A DNA stretch of 64,000 nucleotides from an uncultured Bacillota bacterium. Lineage in GTDB: Bacteria; Bacillota_I; Bacilli_A; RFN20; CAG-826. Of the stretch, positions 19,092 to 27,992 are shown piece after piece. The position numbers were made by a program, and so were the translations under genes. Numbering within the stretch: the stretch's first letter is position 1; each line of letters opens with the position of its first letter. Below the pieces are notes generated by a model that did not search any database, was not told the origin of the DNA, and worked only from the letters and a program-made list of their open reading frames with translations. Location of the stretch: positions 140-64,139 of the forward strand of contig CALEHV010000035.1 in NCBI GenBank assembly GCA_937876465.1. The letters run 5' to 3'.

Positions 19092-19934
19092 TTATTTGCT
19101 TTTTAAAATACAAGATACTAATTGCATCGGACAATTAAATCTAATAGGTCCTTTTCCATTTGAACCAATGCCGTTTGATACTATTAATGAAGTGTTTTGA
19201 ACGTCGTATCTACCTGATTGATATTTGAAAAACTTAATTAAAGGTAGATTAATTTGACCACCATGAGTATGTCCTGAAAAGACTAAATCCATTTTTTGTC
19301 TTACATAGGCATCCATCATGTTTGGTCTATGTGATAACAATATTGTTAATTCATCATCCAAGCTTTCTTTAATTTCGTGCAAAACAGGTTCGACATAACG
19401 CGTTAAATTTTCATCTGTATCAAAATCATTTTCTTGGGCTTTGGGATCTTTTAATCCGATTAAATTGAAAGAGGAACCGTTATGTTCAACTTTAACCGCA
19501 TTATCTCTTAAAATTGTTAAGTTTGAATAATCATTTAACATTGCGAAAAATTCATCTGTATGACTTGCGTAATGCTCGTGGTTTCCTTCAACATAATAAA
19601 TTGGATAATCTATAAGATTATCGAAAAATATCTTTAATTGAGCTAAGTTTTCGTTTCCGGTAAATTGATCAATTAAATCTCCAGTTAAGAAAATAGCATC
19701 TGGATTTTCGTTTTTTACCATCTCATAAACATAACCATTTTTATACTTGTTTCCATGATTGTGAAAATCAGAAAGTTGAACAATTTTAAAACCATTTAAG
19801 TTTGAATCAACTAACTCGGATTCATAAACATAGTTTGCTAGATATAAATTTTCGTCGGAAGTAAAACTTACTATGGCCATAATAAGTCCACCTATAATTC
19901 CTAAAAAAGAAAATATTCTTAAGAAAATTTTCAT
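19092..19934 (-). CDS. membrane-anchored metallophosphoesterase
   Basis: Calcineurin-like motifs DFHN, GDLID, GNHE and GHTHGG, after one N-terminal TM helix. Confidence 0.8.
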   Translation of the reverse strand: MKIFLRIFSFLGIIGGLIMAIVSFTSDENLYLANYVYESELVDSNLNGFKIVQLSDFHNHGNKYKNGYVYEMVKNENPDAIFLTGDLIDQFTGNENLAQLKIFFDNLIDYPIYYVEGNHEHYASHTDEFFAMLNDYSNLTILRDNAVKVEHNGSSFNLIGLKDPKAQENDFDTDENLTRYVEPVLHEIKESLDDELTILLSHRPNMMDAYVRQKMDLVFSGHTHGGQINLPLIKFFKYQSGRYDVQNTSLIVSNGIGSNGKGPIRFNCPMQLVSCILKSK

Positions 19935-19962
19935 ATAACTAGTTTACAAAATTTTGTTGTAT

Positions 19963-19989
19963 TAAAAAAGGCAACCTTTCGATTGCCTT
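19963..19989 (-). terminator. rho-independent terminator downstream of mgtC
   Basis: The minus strand reads AAGGCAA tcgaaagg TTGCCTT followed by TTTTAAT. Confidence 0.6.
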
Positions 19990-19998
19990 AATTGATAA

Positions 19999-20778
19999 TT
20001 AATGGTGATTTAGAACTTGAACTGATAAGGCGTGAGCTTTAACTTCTAACGATTTAACAATTTCATCAATTTTAATATCGCCTTTAACTTCTCTTGTAAG
20101 TTTAAATGTAACTTCTAATCTTGAATTGTCGCCATCTTTAATAACTTGGCTAGACATATCAGTTACAGAACATTCATATTCTTTTGCAACTTCAAGAAGA
20201 ACTGTCATAACAGGGATTTCGCTTGGAGCAAGCATAACGAACATTGGACTTGTTTTTGTAATTGATCTTTCAATTCTACGGAATGAGATAAGAACAATCA
20301 TAACAACGAGTGTTCCAAACAATGCGAGAATGAAGTTCATTGATCCACAGCATAATCCAATAGCCATTACTAACCAGATTGTTGAAGCGGTTGTTAAGCC
20401 TTTAATTCCACCATTATTATGAATAATGGCACCAGCGCCTAAGAAGCCAACACCGGTAACAACTTGTGCTGCTAAACGAGCAACATCACGAGATAATCCA
20501 GCAGGGAATCCATAAATAGAAATAATCATTACAAGGCACGAACCAACACCGACCAATAAGTGAGTTCTTAAACCGGCGCTACGACCTCTTTTTTCTCTTT
20601 CTAATCCAACAATACCGCATAAAAAGACGGAGAGAATAACTGCAATTGCGCAAAGAATTAAATTTCCCCAAGGTATTTCACCAGCGGCTAATCCACCTTC
20701 ATGGAAATTGTTATTAAATTTATCAATTAACCATTGATCAAATGTTTGGAAAGATGGAGCTCCTTCAGTAAAAAGCAT
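19999..20778 (-). CDS. mgtC: MgtC/SapB-family membrane protein
   Basis: 259-aa ORF with an MgtC-like N-terminal TM block (GLRTHLLVGVGS...TGVGFLGAGAI) and a soluble C-terminal domain. Confidence 0.8.
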   Translation of the reverse strand: MLFTEGAPSFQTFDQWLIDKFNNNFHEGGLAAGEIPWGNLILCAIAVILSVFLCGIVGLEREKRGRSAGLRTHLLVGVGSCLVMIISIYGFPAGLSRDVARLAAQVVTGVGFLGAGAIIHNNGGIKGLTTASTIWLVMAIGLCCGSMNFILALFGTLVVMIVLISFRRIERSITKTSPMFVMLAPSEIPVMTVLLEVAKEYECSVTDMSSQVIKDGDNSRLEVTFKLTREVKGDIKIDEIVKSLEVKAHALSVQVLNHH

Positions 20779-20865
20779 AAAAATTCCTCCTTATGACTAG
20801 TAACGACAATTAAAATAATTGTCTTGTTTAATTATAATAACATATATCTATAAATATAGATAGAA

Positions 20866-20892
20866 TAAAAAACTCGATTTAATCAAACCGAG
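20866..20892 (-). terminator. terminator after tRNA-Leu
   Basis: The minus strand reads CTCGGTTT gatt AAATCGAG followed by TTTTTTATT. Confidence 0.6.
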
Positions 20893-20904
20893 CAATTTTA
20901 TATT

Positions 20905-20989
20905 TGGTGGAGATAACAGGAATTGAACCTGCACGGGTCACCCCACTAGATCCTAAGTCTAGCGCGTCTGCCAGTTTCGCCATATCTCC
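20905..20989 (-). tRNA. tRNA-Leu (anticodon UAG), class II with a long variable arm, CCA encoded
   Basis: GGAGATATGGCGAAACTGGCAGACGCGCTAGACTTAGGATCTAGTGGGGTGACCCGTGCAGGTTCAATTCCTGTTATCTCCACCA. The acceptor stem is 7 bp and the anticodon loop is CTTAGGA. Confidence 0.9.
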
Positions 20990-21002
20990 AACGACAATAG
21001 TT

Positions 21003-21031
21003 ATTCTATACAAAGTAGAATATTTTTACAA
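21003..21031 (-). promoter_or_regulatory. putative promoter for tRNA-Leu
   Basis: On the minus strand, TTGTAA (21031-21026), a 17-nt spacer, then TAGAAT (21008-21003), 12 nt before the 5' end of the tRNA. Confidence 0.4.
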
Positions 21032-21054
21032 AATAAAATCCTCTTTTCAGAGGA
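21030..21054 (-). terminator. terminator after the tRNA Ile-Val-Thr cluster
   Basis: The minus strand reads TCCTCT gaaa AGAGGA followed by TTTTATTTT. Confidence 0.55.
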
Positions 21055-21059
21055 ATAAA

Positions 21060-21135
21060 TGGTGCCTTCTATCGGAATTGAACCAATAACCTATCGCTTA
21101 CAAGGCGATTGCTCTGCCAGTTGAGCTAAGAAGGC
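21060..21135 (-). tRNA. tRNA-Thr (anticodon UGU)
   Basis: GCCTTCTTAGCTCAACTGGCAGAGCAATCGCCTTGTAAGCGATAGGTTATTGGTTCAATTCCGATAGAAGGCACCA. The cloverleaf is consistent. Confidence 0.9.
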
Positions 21136-21149
21136 AAATATTTTTTTGA

Positions 21150-21225
21150 TGGTGGGCGCTACAGGGATCGAACCTGTGACCTCTTCCGTGTGAAGGAAAC
21201 GCTCTCCCAACTGAGCTAAGTGCCC
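21150..21225 (-). tRNA. tRNA-Val (anticodon CAC)
   Basis: GGGCACTTAGCTCAGTTGGGAGAGCGTTTCCTTCACACGGAAGAGGTCACAGGTTCGATCCCTGTAGCGCCCACCA. Confidence 0.9.
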
Positions 21226-21307
21226 AAGTTTTGTGAGAGAGTAGCGAATAACCACTCGCTATCCTCACTTAATCTATAAACAAGCCTCATTGGCTAATTT
21301 ATCTAAA

Positions 21308-21384
<77 letters not shown>

Positions 21385-21405
21385 ATAACGCAAACGCGCT
21401 ATATA

Positions 21406-21434
21406 ACTATATAATAGAAAAATTATATTTGCAA
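21406..21434 (-). promoter_or_regulatory. putative promoter of the tRNA cluster
   Basis: On the minus strand, TTGCAA (21434-21429), a 17-nt spacer, then TATAGT (21411-21406). Confidence 0.4.
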
Positions 21435-21446
21435 TATATCTTTTAA

Positions 21447-21480
21447 AGAAAAAAGAAAAGGACCCGGTTTCCCAGATCCT
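21447..21480 (-). terminator. rho-independent terminator of rplM-rpsI
   Basis: The minus strand reads GGATCTGG gaaa CCGGGTCC followed by TTTTCTTTTTTC. Confidence 0.8.
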
Positions 21481-21498
21481 TTGAAAAATAAAAGTGAA

Positions 21499-21897
21499 TT
21501 AACGTTTTGAGAATTGTGGAGCGCGACGAGCAGCTTTAAGACCATATTTCTTACGTTCTTTAGCTCTGCTATCACGTGTGAGTAATCCAGCGACTTTTAA
21601 TGTTTTACGATCTACACCAGCTTCTAATAAAGCACGTGCGATACCTAAGCGAATAGCGCCAGCTTGTCCTGTAAATCCACCACCAGAGACAAATGCTTCG
21701 ACGTCGAATTTATCGGCGACACCAGCAACTGTTAATGGTTGTGATAAGTCCATAACAAGTGTTGCATATGGCATATAGGCATTAACATCTTGTCCATTGA
21801 CAATGATTTTGCCCTTACCGGATGTAACATAGACACGGGCAACTGATGATTTACGTCTACCAGTTCCGTAGTATTTGACTGATTCTTTCTTTGCCAT
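21499..21897 (-). CDS. rpsI: 30S ribosomal protein S9
   Basis: 132-aa ORF ending ...[18 protein letters not shown]. Confidence 0.97.
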   Translation of the reverse strand: MAKKESVKYYGTGRRKSSVARVYVTSGKGKIIVNGQDVNAYMPYATLVMDLSQPLTVAGVADKFDVEAFVSGGGFTGQAGAIRLGIARALLEAGVDRKTLKVAGLLTRDSRAKERKKYGLKAARRAPQFSKR

Positions 21898-21913
21898 AAA
21901 TAATTACTCCTAA

Positions 21914-22357
21914 TTATCTCTTCCAAACGAGCACTTCTGGCTTTTGAGCTTCGTGCTTGTGTTCAGCACCTTTGTAAACAAAGAGCTTCTTTGCGATTTG
22001 GCGGCCAAGTCTTCCTTTTGGTAACATACCCCAAACGGATCTTTCGACCATTTCTTCTGGATATCTTTCGATCATTTCGCCAGCGGTTCTTGTTCTTAAA
22101 CCACCGTTATATCCTGAAACGTTGTAATACTTTTTATTGTTCTTTTTATTAGCACCAGATAAAGCGACTTTCTCTGCATTAATAATAATGACATAGTCTC
22201 CACAATCGACGTTTGGTGTCCAGGTTGGTTTATCCTTACCCATTAACTTAACGGCGACGAATGAAGCTAATCTTCCATATGGGATGTCAGTAGCATCAAT
22301 GACATACCATTTGCGAGAAACGTTTTCTGACTTTGCGATCGTTGTTTGACGTTGCAT
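21914..22357 (-). CDS. rplM: 50S ribosomal protein L13
   Basis: The product [22 protein letters not shown]... is typical L13. AAGGAGG lies 8 nt upstream of the ATG at 22357. The track start at 22378 is a TTG over-extension. Confidence 0.95.
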   Translation of the reverse strand: MQRQTTIAKSENVSRKWYVIDATDIPYGRLASFVAVKLMGKDKPTWTPNVDCGDYVIIINAEKVALSGANKKNNKKYYNVSGYNGGLRTRTAGEMIERYPEEMVERSVWGMLPKGRLGRQIAKKLFVYKGAEHKHEAQKPEVLVWKR

Positions 22358-22423
22358 TTTTGTTTCCTCCTTACTCAAGCAATAATCTTACCGGGACTAT
22401 TGATTTTTCGTGTGCCGAAAAAA

Positions 22424-22453
22424 ATTATATATATTTATATAGAGTTAAGTCAA
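22424..22453 (-). promoter_or_regulatory. putative rplM-rpsI promoter
   Basis: On the minus strand, TTGACT (22453-22448), an 18-nt spacer, then TATAAT (22429-22424). Confidence 0.45.
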
Positions 22454-22586
22454 ATACTTTATAACAAAGTTAAAGTTCTCTCAACGTTTACCGGTGTTTC
22501 GTTTTTGACTATAATTACAATGTAATTAAATTAAAGGTTTTAATACAACTAATTATGTTCTACAATAATTACGAAAGGAGTATTTC

Positions 22587-23189
22587 ATGGAATTAGTTAA
22601 AAAGTCATTAGGCACTTGGATTAAAGCCGCAATCGTATTAACAATCGGTATTCTTTGCATTGTTTGTGGTGCTGCACATAATCAACAAGATCCAGAAGCT
22701 GCAAATAATGCATTCAAAGCTATTTCGTTAGTTGGCGGTATTGCATTAATCGTTGTCGGTGCATTGTGCTTAGCATTAGCAATTTTCAATTTCATTAAGA
22801 ACAAAAAAGAATTAGTTTCAACAGCTCTTCCAGGAGCATTAGTTTTAGCACTTGGCGTTAGCTTTGTTGTTAGTGAAACAATTTTAGGCGAAATTTTCGG
22901 CGCTTTAATTTATGTTGTTCCATTCTTATTATTAGCTCTTGGTGCAGTTTTACTTGCTGATGGTGTTATCAAATTAATCACCACAATCAAAGAAAAAGGT
23001 AGTTTAGTTTCTCCAATTGTAGAAATCGTTTTAGCAGCTGCAGTTATTACTGTTGGCGCATTATGCGTAAACGGAGCAGTTATCAAAGAAGATATTCAAT
23101 TCATTATCTTTGGTATCATTCTTGTTTTTTCAGCTTTATTCATGGTTCTTACAACATTTGTTAAGATGCCAGGCAAAGCTGCTGAATAA
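22587..23189 (+). CDS. small polytopic membrane protein, function unknown
   Basis: 200-aa hydrophobic ORF with GAAAGGAG 6 nt upstream of the ATG. Confidence 0.6.
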   Translation: MELVKKSLGTWIKAAIVLTIGILCIVCGAAHNQQDPEAANNAFKAISLVGGIALIVVGALCLALAIFNFIKNKKELVSTALPGALVLALGVSFVVSETILGEIFGALIYVVPFLLLALGAVLLADGVIKLITTIKEKGSLVSPIVEIVLAAAVITVGALCVNGAVIKEDIQFIIFGIILVFSALFMVLTTFVKMPGKAAE

Positions 23190-23204
23190 TTATTACTTTG
23201 TAAT

Positions 23205-23236
23205 AAAAAAGACCATCGTTTAATGGTCTTTTCTTT
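23205..23236. terminator. bidirectional terminator between convergent genes
   Basis: AAGACCAT cgttta ATGGTCTT, flanked by an A-run on one side and a T-run on the other. Confidence 0.75.
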
Positions 23237-23246
23237 TGCTTATTGA

Positions 23247-23954
23247 TTATAAATCAACGTTGTGGAAGACGTTTTGAACATCTTCTAATTCGTCTAAGTC
23301 ATCGAGTAAGTCTTGGAACTTATTCTTTGCTTCTTCGTCATCAATTGTAATGTATTCGTTTGGAACCATTTGAATTTCAGCTTCTTCATATTCTGTAATT
23401 CCCATTGATGCGAGTAATTCTTTAGCACCTGCAAATGCTGCTGGGGCAATATATACAACGATTAAGTCTTCGTCTTGTTCGACTGATTGAACATCAACAT
23501 CACCTAAGATTAATGCTTCTTCAACTTCATCACGGTTGTTTCCTTTGAAAACGAGAACACCTTTTTCTTCGAAGTTGAATGCAACTGAACCTGGGTGGCC
23601 ACCTTTACGAACAACTTGAGTCTTAACTTCAACTAAAGCACGATTTGGGTTATCTGTTAATGTATCAACAATAAGGTATGATCCGGATGGGCCAAAGAAT
23701 TCATAACGGCCAGCGATGAAGACTTCTGCGTCGCCACCTTGAGCTTTCTTAATAGCTCTATCGAAAACGTCTCTTGGAACTGATTTACCACGATACTTTT
23801 CATAAACTGCTCTAAGAGCAAGGTTTGTCTTTGGATCTGGAGTACCAGTTCTAGCAGCTAAGTAAGCTTCTCTACTAGCACGAGCATATAATGCAGATTT
23901 GATTTTGCCGGTTCTTGCCATTGCGGCAGCACGGACTTCATGATGTCTTCCCAT
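23247..23954 (-). CDS. yebC: YebC/PmpR-family (YeeN-type) DNA-binding regulator
   Basis: 235-aa ORF with the three-domain YebC layout (...DRAIKKAQGG..., acidic C-terminus). Confidence 0.85.
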   Translation of the reverse strand: MGRHHEVRAAAMARTGKIKSALYARASREAYLAARTGTPDPKTNLALRAVYEKYRGKSVPRDVFDRAIKKAQGGDAEVFIAGRYEFFGPSGSYLIVDTLTDNPNRALVEVKTQVVRKGGHPGSVAFNFEEKGVLVFKGNNRDEVEEALILGDVDVQSVEQDEDLIVVYIAPAAFAGAKELLASMGITEYEEAEIQMVPNEYITIDDEEAKNKFQDLLDDLDELEDVQNVFHNVDL

Positions 23955-23979
23955 GTAATTTTCTCCTTAAAACGTGTTT

Positions 23980-24008
23980 ATTATACTCTTGTCTTATAAA
24001 ATAGACAA
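23980..24008 (-). promoter_or_regulatory. putative yebC promoter
   Basis: On the minus strand, TTGTCT (24008-24003), a 17-nt spacer, then TATAAT (23985-23980). Confidence 0.45.
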
Positions 24009-24071
24009 AGCTAAGTTTTCTAAAATAGGGTTTTCATTTGAAAAAATCATATTAATTTAATAAGTAAGATT

Positions 24072-24096
24072 TAAAAAAATCCAGCAAATGCTGGAT
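24072..24096 (-). terminator. terminator after truA
   Basis: The minus strand reads ATCCAGC attt GCTGGAT followed by TTTTTTTAA. Confidence 0.75.
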
Positions 24097-24104
24097 ATTT
24101 TCAT

Positions 24105-24833
24105 TTAATAAGTGACTTTTACAAGTGTTAATCCTTCTGCAGAAACTCTATATTGAGTAGGATTCCTTTCTTCGGAATTTAAGAGCTTTTCGATTTCGTT
24201 TGGCTCTAATTTTCCTAGGCCAATCATCATTAAAGTGCCGACCATCATACGAACCATATAACGCATAAATCCTGTTCCAACAAAAGTTAGAATGAGTTTA
24301 TTTTTGTCTTCTTTTACATCAACAGAAAAGATTTCACGTACAAAATTTTGATCGTCTTCATCCTTTGAAGTAAAGTTTTTAAAATTATGTTTTCCAACAA
24401 AATAAGATGCTGCTTCTTTAATCTTTTTAACATCCATTTTTTGACACAATTGGAATTCTCTATTTCTATTAAACAAATCATATTCACCCATGTTGAAAAC
24501 ATATTGATAAGTCTTTGACTTAGCAGAAAATCTTGCATGGAAATTATCAGGAACAACTTCTAATGATTTTATATGAATATCTGCAGGTAAAATTTGATTT
24601 AACGAATACTTAAATTTACCTAAATCTTCAACCTCTTTACCGTCAAAATGAAATGTTTGACCATAAGCGTGAACTCCACCGTCTGTTCTTCCTGAACCAT
24701 AGATTTTAGTAGGAGTGTTTAAAATTGTTGATATAGCTTTTTGTATATCGTTTTGAACTGTTCTTTGACCAACTTGAATTTGCCATCCAAAGAATTTAGT
24801 TCCTTCATATTCAACTACTGCGAAATATCTCAT
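24105..24833 (-). CDS. truA: tRNA pseudouridine38-40 synthase TruA
   Basis: 242-aa ORF with YEGTKFFGWQIQ and the catalytic-Asp region GSGRTDGGVHA. Confidence 0.93.
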   Translation of the reverse strand: MRYFAVVEYEGTKFFGWQIQVGQRTVQNDIQKAISTILNTPTKIYGSGRTDGGVHAYGQTFHFDGKEVEDLGKFKYSLNQILPADIHIKSLEVVPDNFHARFSAKSKTYQYVFNMGEYDLFNRNREFQLCQKMDVKKIKEAASYFVGKHNFKNFTSKDEDDQNFVREIFSVDVKEDKNKLILTFVGTGFMRYMVRMMVGTLMMIGLGKLEPNEIEKLLNSEERNPTQYRVSAEGLTLVKVTY

Positions 24834-25873
24834 TTTTGTCTCCTCAAATTAGCTTCCATAACACCCAAAATAATAATATATGTAGTGATGCCACAGCACG
24901 AAACACCTAATATAGGCAAGAAGTGTTCGGTCATATTTACAACATTATAAAATTGTCCATTTACAAAGTAATCAAATCCTAAATTATATCCATTAACAGA
25001 AATTACAATGATTCCTGCTGTGATTGCTCCAACTAACAAAATTACAAATAAATCTCTAATATCAAACGACATCTTATGATATCTAGTGCGTTTTGCTTTT
25101 GGATCATAACCTCTCGCTTCCATTGCATCAGCAAGTTCTTCACTACGTTGGAATGATGAAATAAATAAAGGAATAATAAGCGAAATAATTGCTTTTAATC
25201 TTGCAGAAACTTTACCATGTTTAAAATCGACACCACGAGACTCTTGAGCCTTCATAATTCTGTCTGTTTCATCAAGCAAAGTTGGAATAAATCTAAGTGC
25301 AATTGATATTGTCATAGCAACTTCGTGAGCTGGGAATTTAATAAGTTTTAAAGGAGTCAAAAACCATTCAAGTGCATACGTCAAATCTAATGGTTTTGTT
25401 GTTGCAGTTAATATCATTGTTAAGGTTAACATTAAGACAAGTCTTAATATAATCTTTAAAGATTGAAATAATGCATCCCAATAAACCTTAAATCCATTGA
25501 TATCAAAGATTAAATTGCAGTATGGATTTTTAGGTGGAACTATACAGTTAATAATTAATAAGAAAATAACTACAAACCACATTGATTTTAAACTGCCAAA
25601 TAACTGCCTAAAACTAACATGAGATGAAATCATTAAAATAATGGTAAATACTAAAAGTATTCCTCCCATTATAAATGTCATTTTCCAGTCTGTTACTGAA
25701 ACATTTTTAATTAAGGTTTCACCATTTTCAACCACTTCTAATGGAACAACAATATTGAAAGGGAAAAAGATTGCTACCATTAATGCAATGAGAGCAAGAA
25801 TTTTAACCCTTGGATCAATTTTGTGAATAAAGGAGTTAAAAGGAGTGTATTTTCCTAATGTTAAACCACTCAT
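24830..25873 (-). CDS. ecfT: ECF transporter T component EcfT (extended form)
   Basis: Both coupling-helix motifs are present (AQESRGV and AMEARGY). At 347 aa it carries an extra loop near the N-terminus and about 70 extra C-terminal residues with predicted TM helices. Confidence 0.85.
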   Translation of the reverse strand: MSGLTLGKYTPFNSFIHKIDPRVKILALIALMVAIFFPFNIVVPLEVVENGETLIKNVSVTDWKMTFIMGGILLVFTIILMISSHVSFRQLFGSLKSMWFVVIFLLIINCIVPPKNPYCNLIFDINGFKVYWDALFQSLKIILRLVLMLTLTMILTATTKPLDLTYALEWFLTPLKLIKFPAHEVAMTISIALRFIPTLLDETDRIMKAQESRGVDFKHGKVSARLKAIISLIIPLFISSFQRSEELADAMEARGYDPKAKRTRYHKMSFDIRDLFVILLVGAITAGIIVISVNGYNLGFDYFVNGQFYNVVNMTEHFLPILGVSCCGITTYIIILGVMEANLRRQK

Positions 25874-26718
25874 TTTTTGTCTCCTTTGAGTTGTTCCACC
25901 AAACTATCAATATCGTGAATTTTAGATAAATCTAATTTGTATCCTTTTGATATCAACTTTTGAATTGTTTTTGTAAACAATGGAGTTTCAAGATTATATT
26001 TTTCAACATCCTCTAAAAATAATTCGCTTGGAGTTGTTTGTTTAATAACCTTTCCAGAGTCCATTACGATTACATCAGTTGCATATTCGTGAACGATGTT
26101 CATGTCGTGAGTAACCAAAATAATCGTTATTCCGTTTTCGTTCAACTTTTTAAATAATTTTAAAATGTCTTTACAACCTTTTGGATCTAATCCTGCAGTA
26201 GGCTCGTCTAAAACAAGTATTTTAGGTTCTAAAGCAAGAATTCCTGCAATTGAAACTCTTCTACGTTCACCACCAGATAACTCAAAAGGTGATTTTTCAT
26301 AGTATTCAGGGCCTATAGAAACCTTTTCTAAAGCTTCTCGAGCAATCTTCAACGAATCCTCTTTGCTAGCCCCAAAATTAGACGGGCCAAATGCTACATC
26401 ATCCAAAACATTTTCCTCGAAAAGTTGATTTTCAGAAAATTGGAAAACAATTCCAACATGCTTTCTTAATGGTTGTAACTTTTTAGTTCTATTTTTACTT
26501 TTTCTAGCAACAACAAAATTATCAATATGAACTTCACCTTTTGTAGGTACAAGTAAACCGTTAATTTGTTGAATCAAAGTTGATTTTCCGCAACCAGTTT
26601 TGCCAACAATGCAAGTGAAAGAGCCATCTTTAATTGTTAAACAAACATCGTTTAAAGCTTCATATTCTAAAGGAGAATCTGGAGAATAGATGAAAGATAC
26701 ATGATCAAAATTAATCAT
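25870..26718 (-). CDS. ecfA2: ECF transporter ATPase EcfA2
   Basis: Walker A GKTGCGKST, signature LSGGERRRV and Walker B LVLDEPTAGLD. Confidence 0.9.
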   Translation of the reverse strand: MINFDHVSFIYSPDSPLEYEALNDVCLTIKDGSFTCIVGKTGCGKSTLIQQINGLLVPTKGEVHIDNFVVARKSKNRTKKLQPLRKHVGIVFQFSENQLFEENVLDDVAFGPSNFGASKEDSLKIAREALEKVSIGPEYYEKSPFELSGGERRRVSIAGILALEPKILVLDEPTAGLDPKGCKDILKLFKKLNENGITIILVTHDMNIVHEYATDVIVMDSGKVIKQTTPSELFLEDVEKYNLETPLFTKTIQKLISKGYKLDLSKIHDIDSLVEQLKGDKK

Positions 26719-27502
26719 TTAAATCACCTATCACTTTCTCTAGTCCATTCTCTTTGAGAATATCATTTAATTTTTCTTTGAATGGAATATCAAGTCCCAT
26801 TTCTTTCAATTTATCTTTATGGGTTAAAAGTTCATTTGGAGTTGTATCAAATGCAACATTGGTCTCATTAATAACCATAATGCGATCAGAAGCGAAAGCT
26901 TCCTCAACATCATGAGTGATAGAAATAATTGCTAATTCAGGATTTTCTTTTCTTAAATTGTCAATTGTTTCTCTTATTTCTCTTTTGCCTTTAGGGTCAA
27001 GCATTGCAGTTGCTTCATCCAAAATAATTAAGTCTGGAGACATTGCTAAAATTCCTGCAATAGCAACTCTTTGTTTTTGTCCACCGCTTAAATGTTCAGG
27101 TTCTTTTTCCAAATAATCTAACATGCCAACTTTTTCGGCAAACTTATTAATGATAGAATCCATTTCTTTTCTTGGAATTCTTCTATTTTCTAATCCAAAA
27201 GCGATGTCGTCTTTAACAGTTGCGCCAATAAATTGATTGTCAGGATTTTGGAAAACAATCCCTATCTTTTGACGTATGCTTCTAATAGTTTTCTTACTAT
27301 ATTCCATTCCAAAGGCTGTTATTTTACCTTCCTTTGGAGTTAATAAACCCATCAAAAGTTTTGCGATTGTTGATTTGCCTGAACCGTTATGTCCGATAAT
27401 TGAAGTATATGTTCCGCTTTCAACGCAAAAAGATACGTTCTCAAGAACGTTCCTTTTGTCGTCATATGAATATGTTAAACCTTTAACCTCAATTATTTTC
27501 AT
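26711..27502 (-). CDS. ecfA1: ECF transporter ATPase EcfA1
   Basis: Walker A GHNGSGKST, signature LSGGQKQRV and Walker B IILDEATAMLD. Confidence 0.9.
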   Translation of the reverse strand: MKIIEVKGLTYSYDDKRNVLENVSFCVESGTYTSIIGHNGSGKSTIAKLLMGLLTPKEGKITAFGMEYSKKTIRSIRQKIGIVFQNPDNQFIGATVKDDIAFGLENRRIPRKEMDSIINKFAEKVGMLDYLEKEPEHLSGGQKQRVAIAGILAMSPDLIILDEATAMLDPKGKREIRETIDNLRKENPELAIISITHDVEEAFASDRIMVINETNVAFDTTPNELLTHKDKLKEMGLDIPFKEKLNDILKENGLEKVIGDLND

Positions 27503-27974
27503 TTACTAAAATATCTAAATTTCTACCGTCGTATTTACGCACCTTAACACCTGCAAGTTCTAACATTTTTCTGCTAGCAGTTGTCTCTGTTGTATCGTGA
27601 TATTTATCATCACCATAAACAACTTCTTTAATGCCTGTTTGAATAATTGCTTTTGTACATTCATTACATGGGAATAAAGTTACATATAATGTACAGCCCT
27701 TTAATGCTGCCCCATTTCTTGTATTTAAAATTGCGTTAAATTCAGCGTGGCAGACATATAAATATTTGCTATCTAAGCCTTCACCTTTATTCCATGAAAT
27801 TTTAGTTTCATCAACTCCACGTGGCATTCCGTTATAACCGTTAGAAACAACCTTGTGATCTGGATCAACAATACATGCTCCAACTTTAGTATTTGGATCT
27901 TTACTTCTAAGGGCGCTTAATTTAGCCATACCCATGAAGTATTCATCCCAATTAATTACTGCTTTTGGTTCCAT
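27489..27974 (-). CDS. comEB: dCMP deaminase (ComEB-type)
   Basis: Zinc motifs CHAEFNAI and PCNECTKAI in a 161-aa ORF. Confidence 0.88.
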   Translation of the reverse strand: MEPKAVINWDEYFMGMAKLSALRSKDPNTKVGACIVDPDHKVVSNGYNGMPRGVDETKISWNKGEGLDSKYLYVCHAEFNAILNTRNGAALKGCTLYVTLFPCNECTKAIIQTGIKEVVYGDDKYHDTTETTASRKMLELAGVKVRKYDGRNLDILVNENN

Positions 27975-27992
27975 TTTTATATCTCCTTAAAT

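Noticed and set aside
20779-20904. Mg2+ (M-box) riboswitch upstream of mgtC
   Set aside because: Only about 125 nt are available, and part of that is the tRNA-Leu terminator. No M-box core helices or conserved motifs are visible.
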